A stretch of DNA of 64,000 bases from a virus, in the IMG/VR virus record IMGVR_UViG_3300036831_000148, positions 1 through 64,000 of that record. The stretch is one strand, 5' to 3'. Positions 63,552-64,000 of this stretch are shown one piece after another. Position 1 is the stretch's first letter. The number at the start of each line of letters is the position of its first letter. The position numbers and the translations under genes are program-made. The notes beneath the pieces were generated by a model. The model saw only the letters and a program-made list of their open reading frames with translations, searched no databases and was not told the origin of the DNA.

Positions 63552-63790
63552 AGTTGCTCGCCCTGGTCGGCGATGGCCTGGCGGACCGCGGCGTCCTTGG
63601 CGTCCACCAGGTGCCGCAGGGCGACGGTGAGCTCAGGGCCGTCGCCGACCAGTTCCAGCAGCTTGTCCCGGGTGTCGCGCATCACGGCGGCAACACTAGC
63701 GGGCGGGCCCTCCGGAAGGCGGGGGTTCGGGGTAAGCCACCGGGCGACCTGCTGGACAGACGGGTGGCGGTCGGCGAGGTTGACGGTCAT
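63548..63790 (-). CDS. Small helical-hairpin phage protein (Acb2/Tad1-like?)
   Basis: N..LP...VA...DGPELTVALRHLVDAKDAAVR motif; GGGAG RBS. Confidence 0.5.
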   Translation of the reverse strand: MTVNLADRHPSVQQVARWLTPNPRLPEGPPASVAAVMRDTRDKLLELVGDGPELTVALRHLVDAKDAAVRQAIADQGEQL

Positions 63791-63985
63791 TTATCTCCCC
63801 AGTGCGGTCCTCATGAAGTCCAGGGAGGCAGGCTGCCCTCCCCCCGCTGCGATCGGCGCGGGCACCGCAGGCGGCGGGCACAGCGCCTTGCCCACCTGCG
63901 ACAGGGCTAGCTGCAGGCAGGCCCGGCGGTCCTCAATCCGGACCCGGGCGTGCAGGTCCCACAGCACCGTCATGGCCCCCAGCAC
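63791..63985 (-). CDS. Hypothetical protein (probably truncated by the window end)
   Basis: ORF at the edge of the window. Confidence 0.35.
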   Translation of the reverse strand: MLGAMTVLWDLHARVRIEDRRACLQLALSQVGKALCPPPAVPAPIAAGGGQPASLDFMRTALGR

Positions 63986-64000
63986 CCGGGCCGGGCCCAG

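Overview
This window is 64 kb of a large, high-GC actinobacterial siphophage (or prophage) genome, transcribed almost entirely on the minus strand (right to left). In gene order it holds: a sugar-modification cassette (epimerase, GT32, GT17); putative TerS and TerL; a GntR regulator; a ~7 kb array of 38 tRNA genes covering all 20 amino acids, inserted between terminase and portal; head genes (portal, MuF, protease/scaffold, decoration, MCP); neck genes; GT4; Lsr2; a lysis/cell-wall region (permuted NlpC/P60, LysM-Rpf, papain-like peptidase, membrane proteins); major tail protein; a -1 frameshifted tail chaperone; a 2405-aa tape measure; Dit; and minor tail and fibre genes. A DivIVA-like gene and a DUF397 gene lie on the + strand. 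The most novel signal is immediately upstream of the tRNA array. Two tandem TTGACA-N17 promoters with palindromic operators precede a 36-codon leader peptide that uses 18 amino acids and 27 distinct codons. The 3' end of that leader ORF can pair with the 5' arm of a terminator, which suggests a pan-codon translational attenuator that switches the tRNA array on when any tRNA becomes limiting. The array also contains three circularly permuted, anticodon-less tRNA mimics (YrlA-like topology), two 8/4-fold tRNA-Ser genes and A34 anticodons. A CGAT(T/A/C)-N8-start motif precedes at least 13 late genes. All calls come from reading the sequence by eye; no database searches were run.
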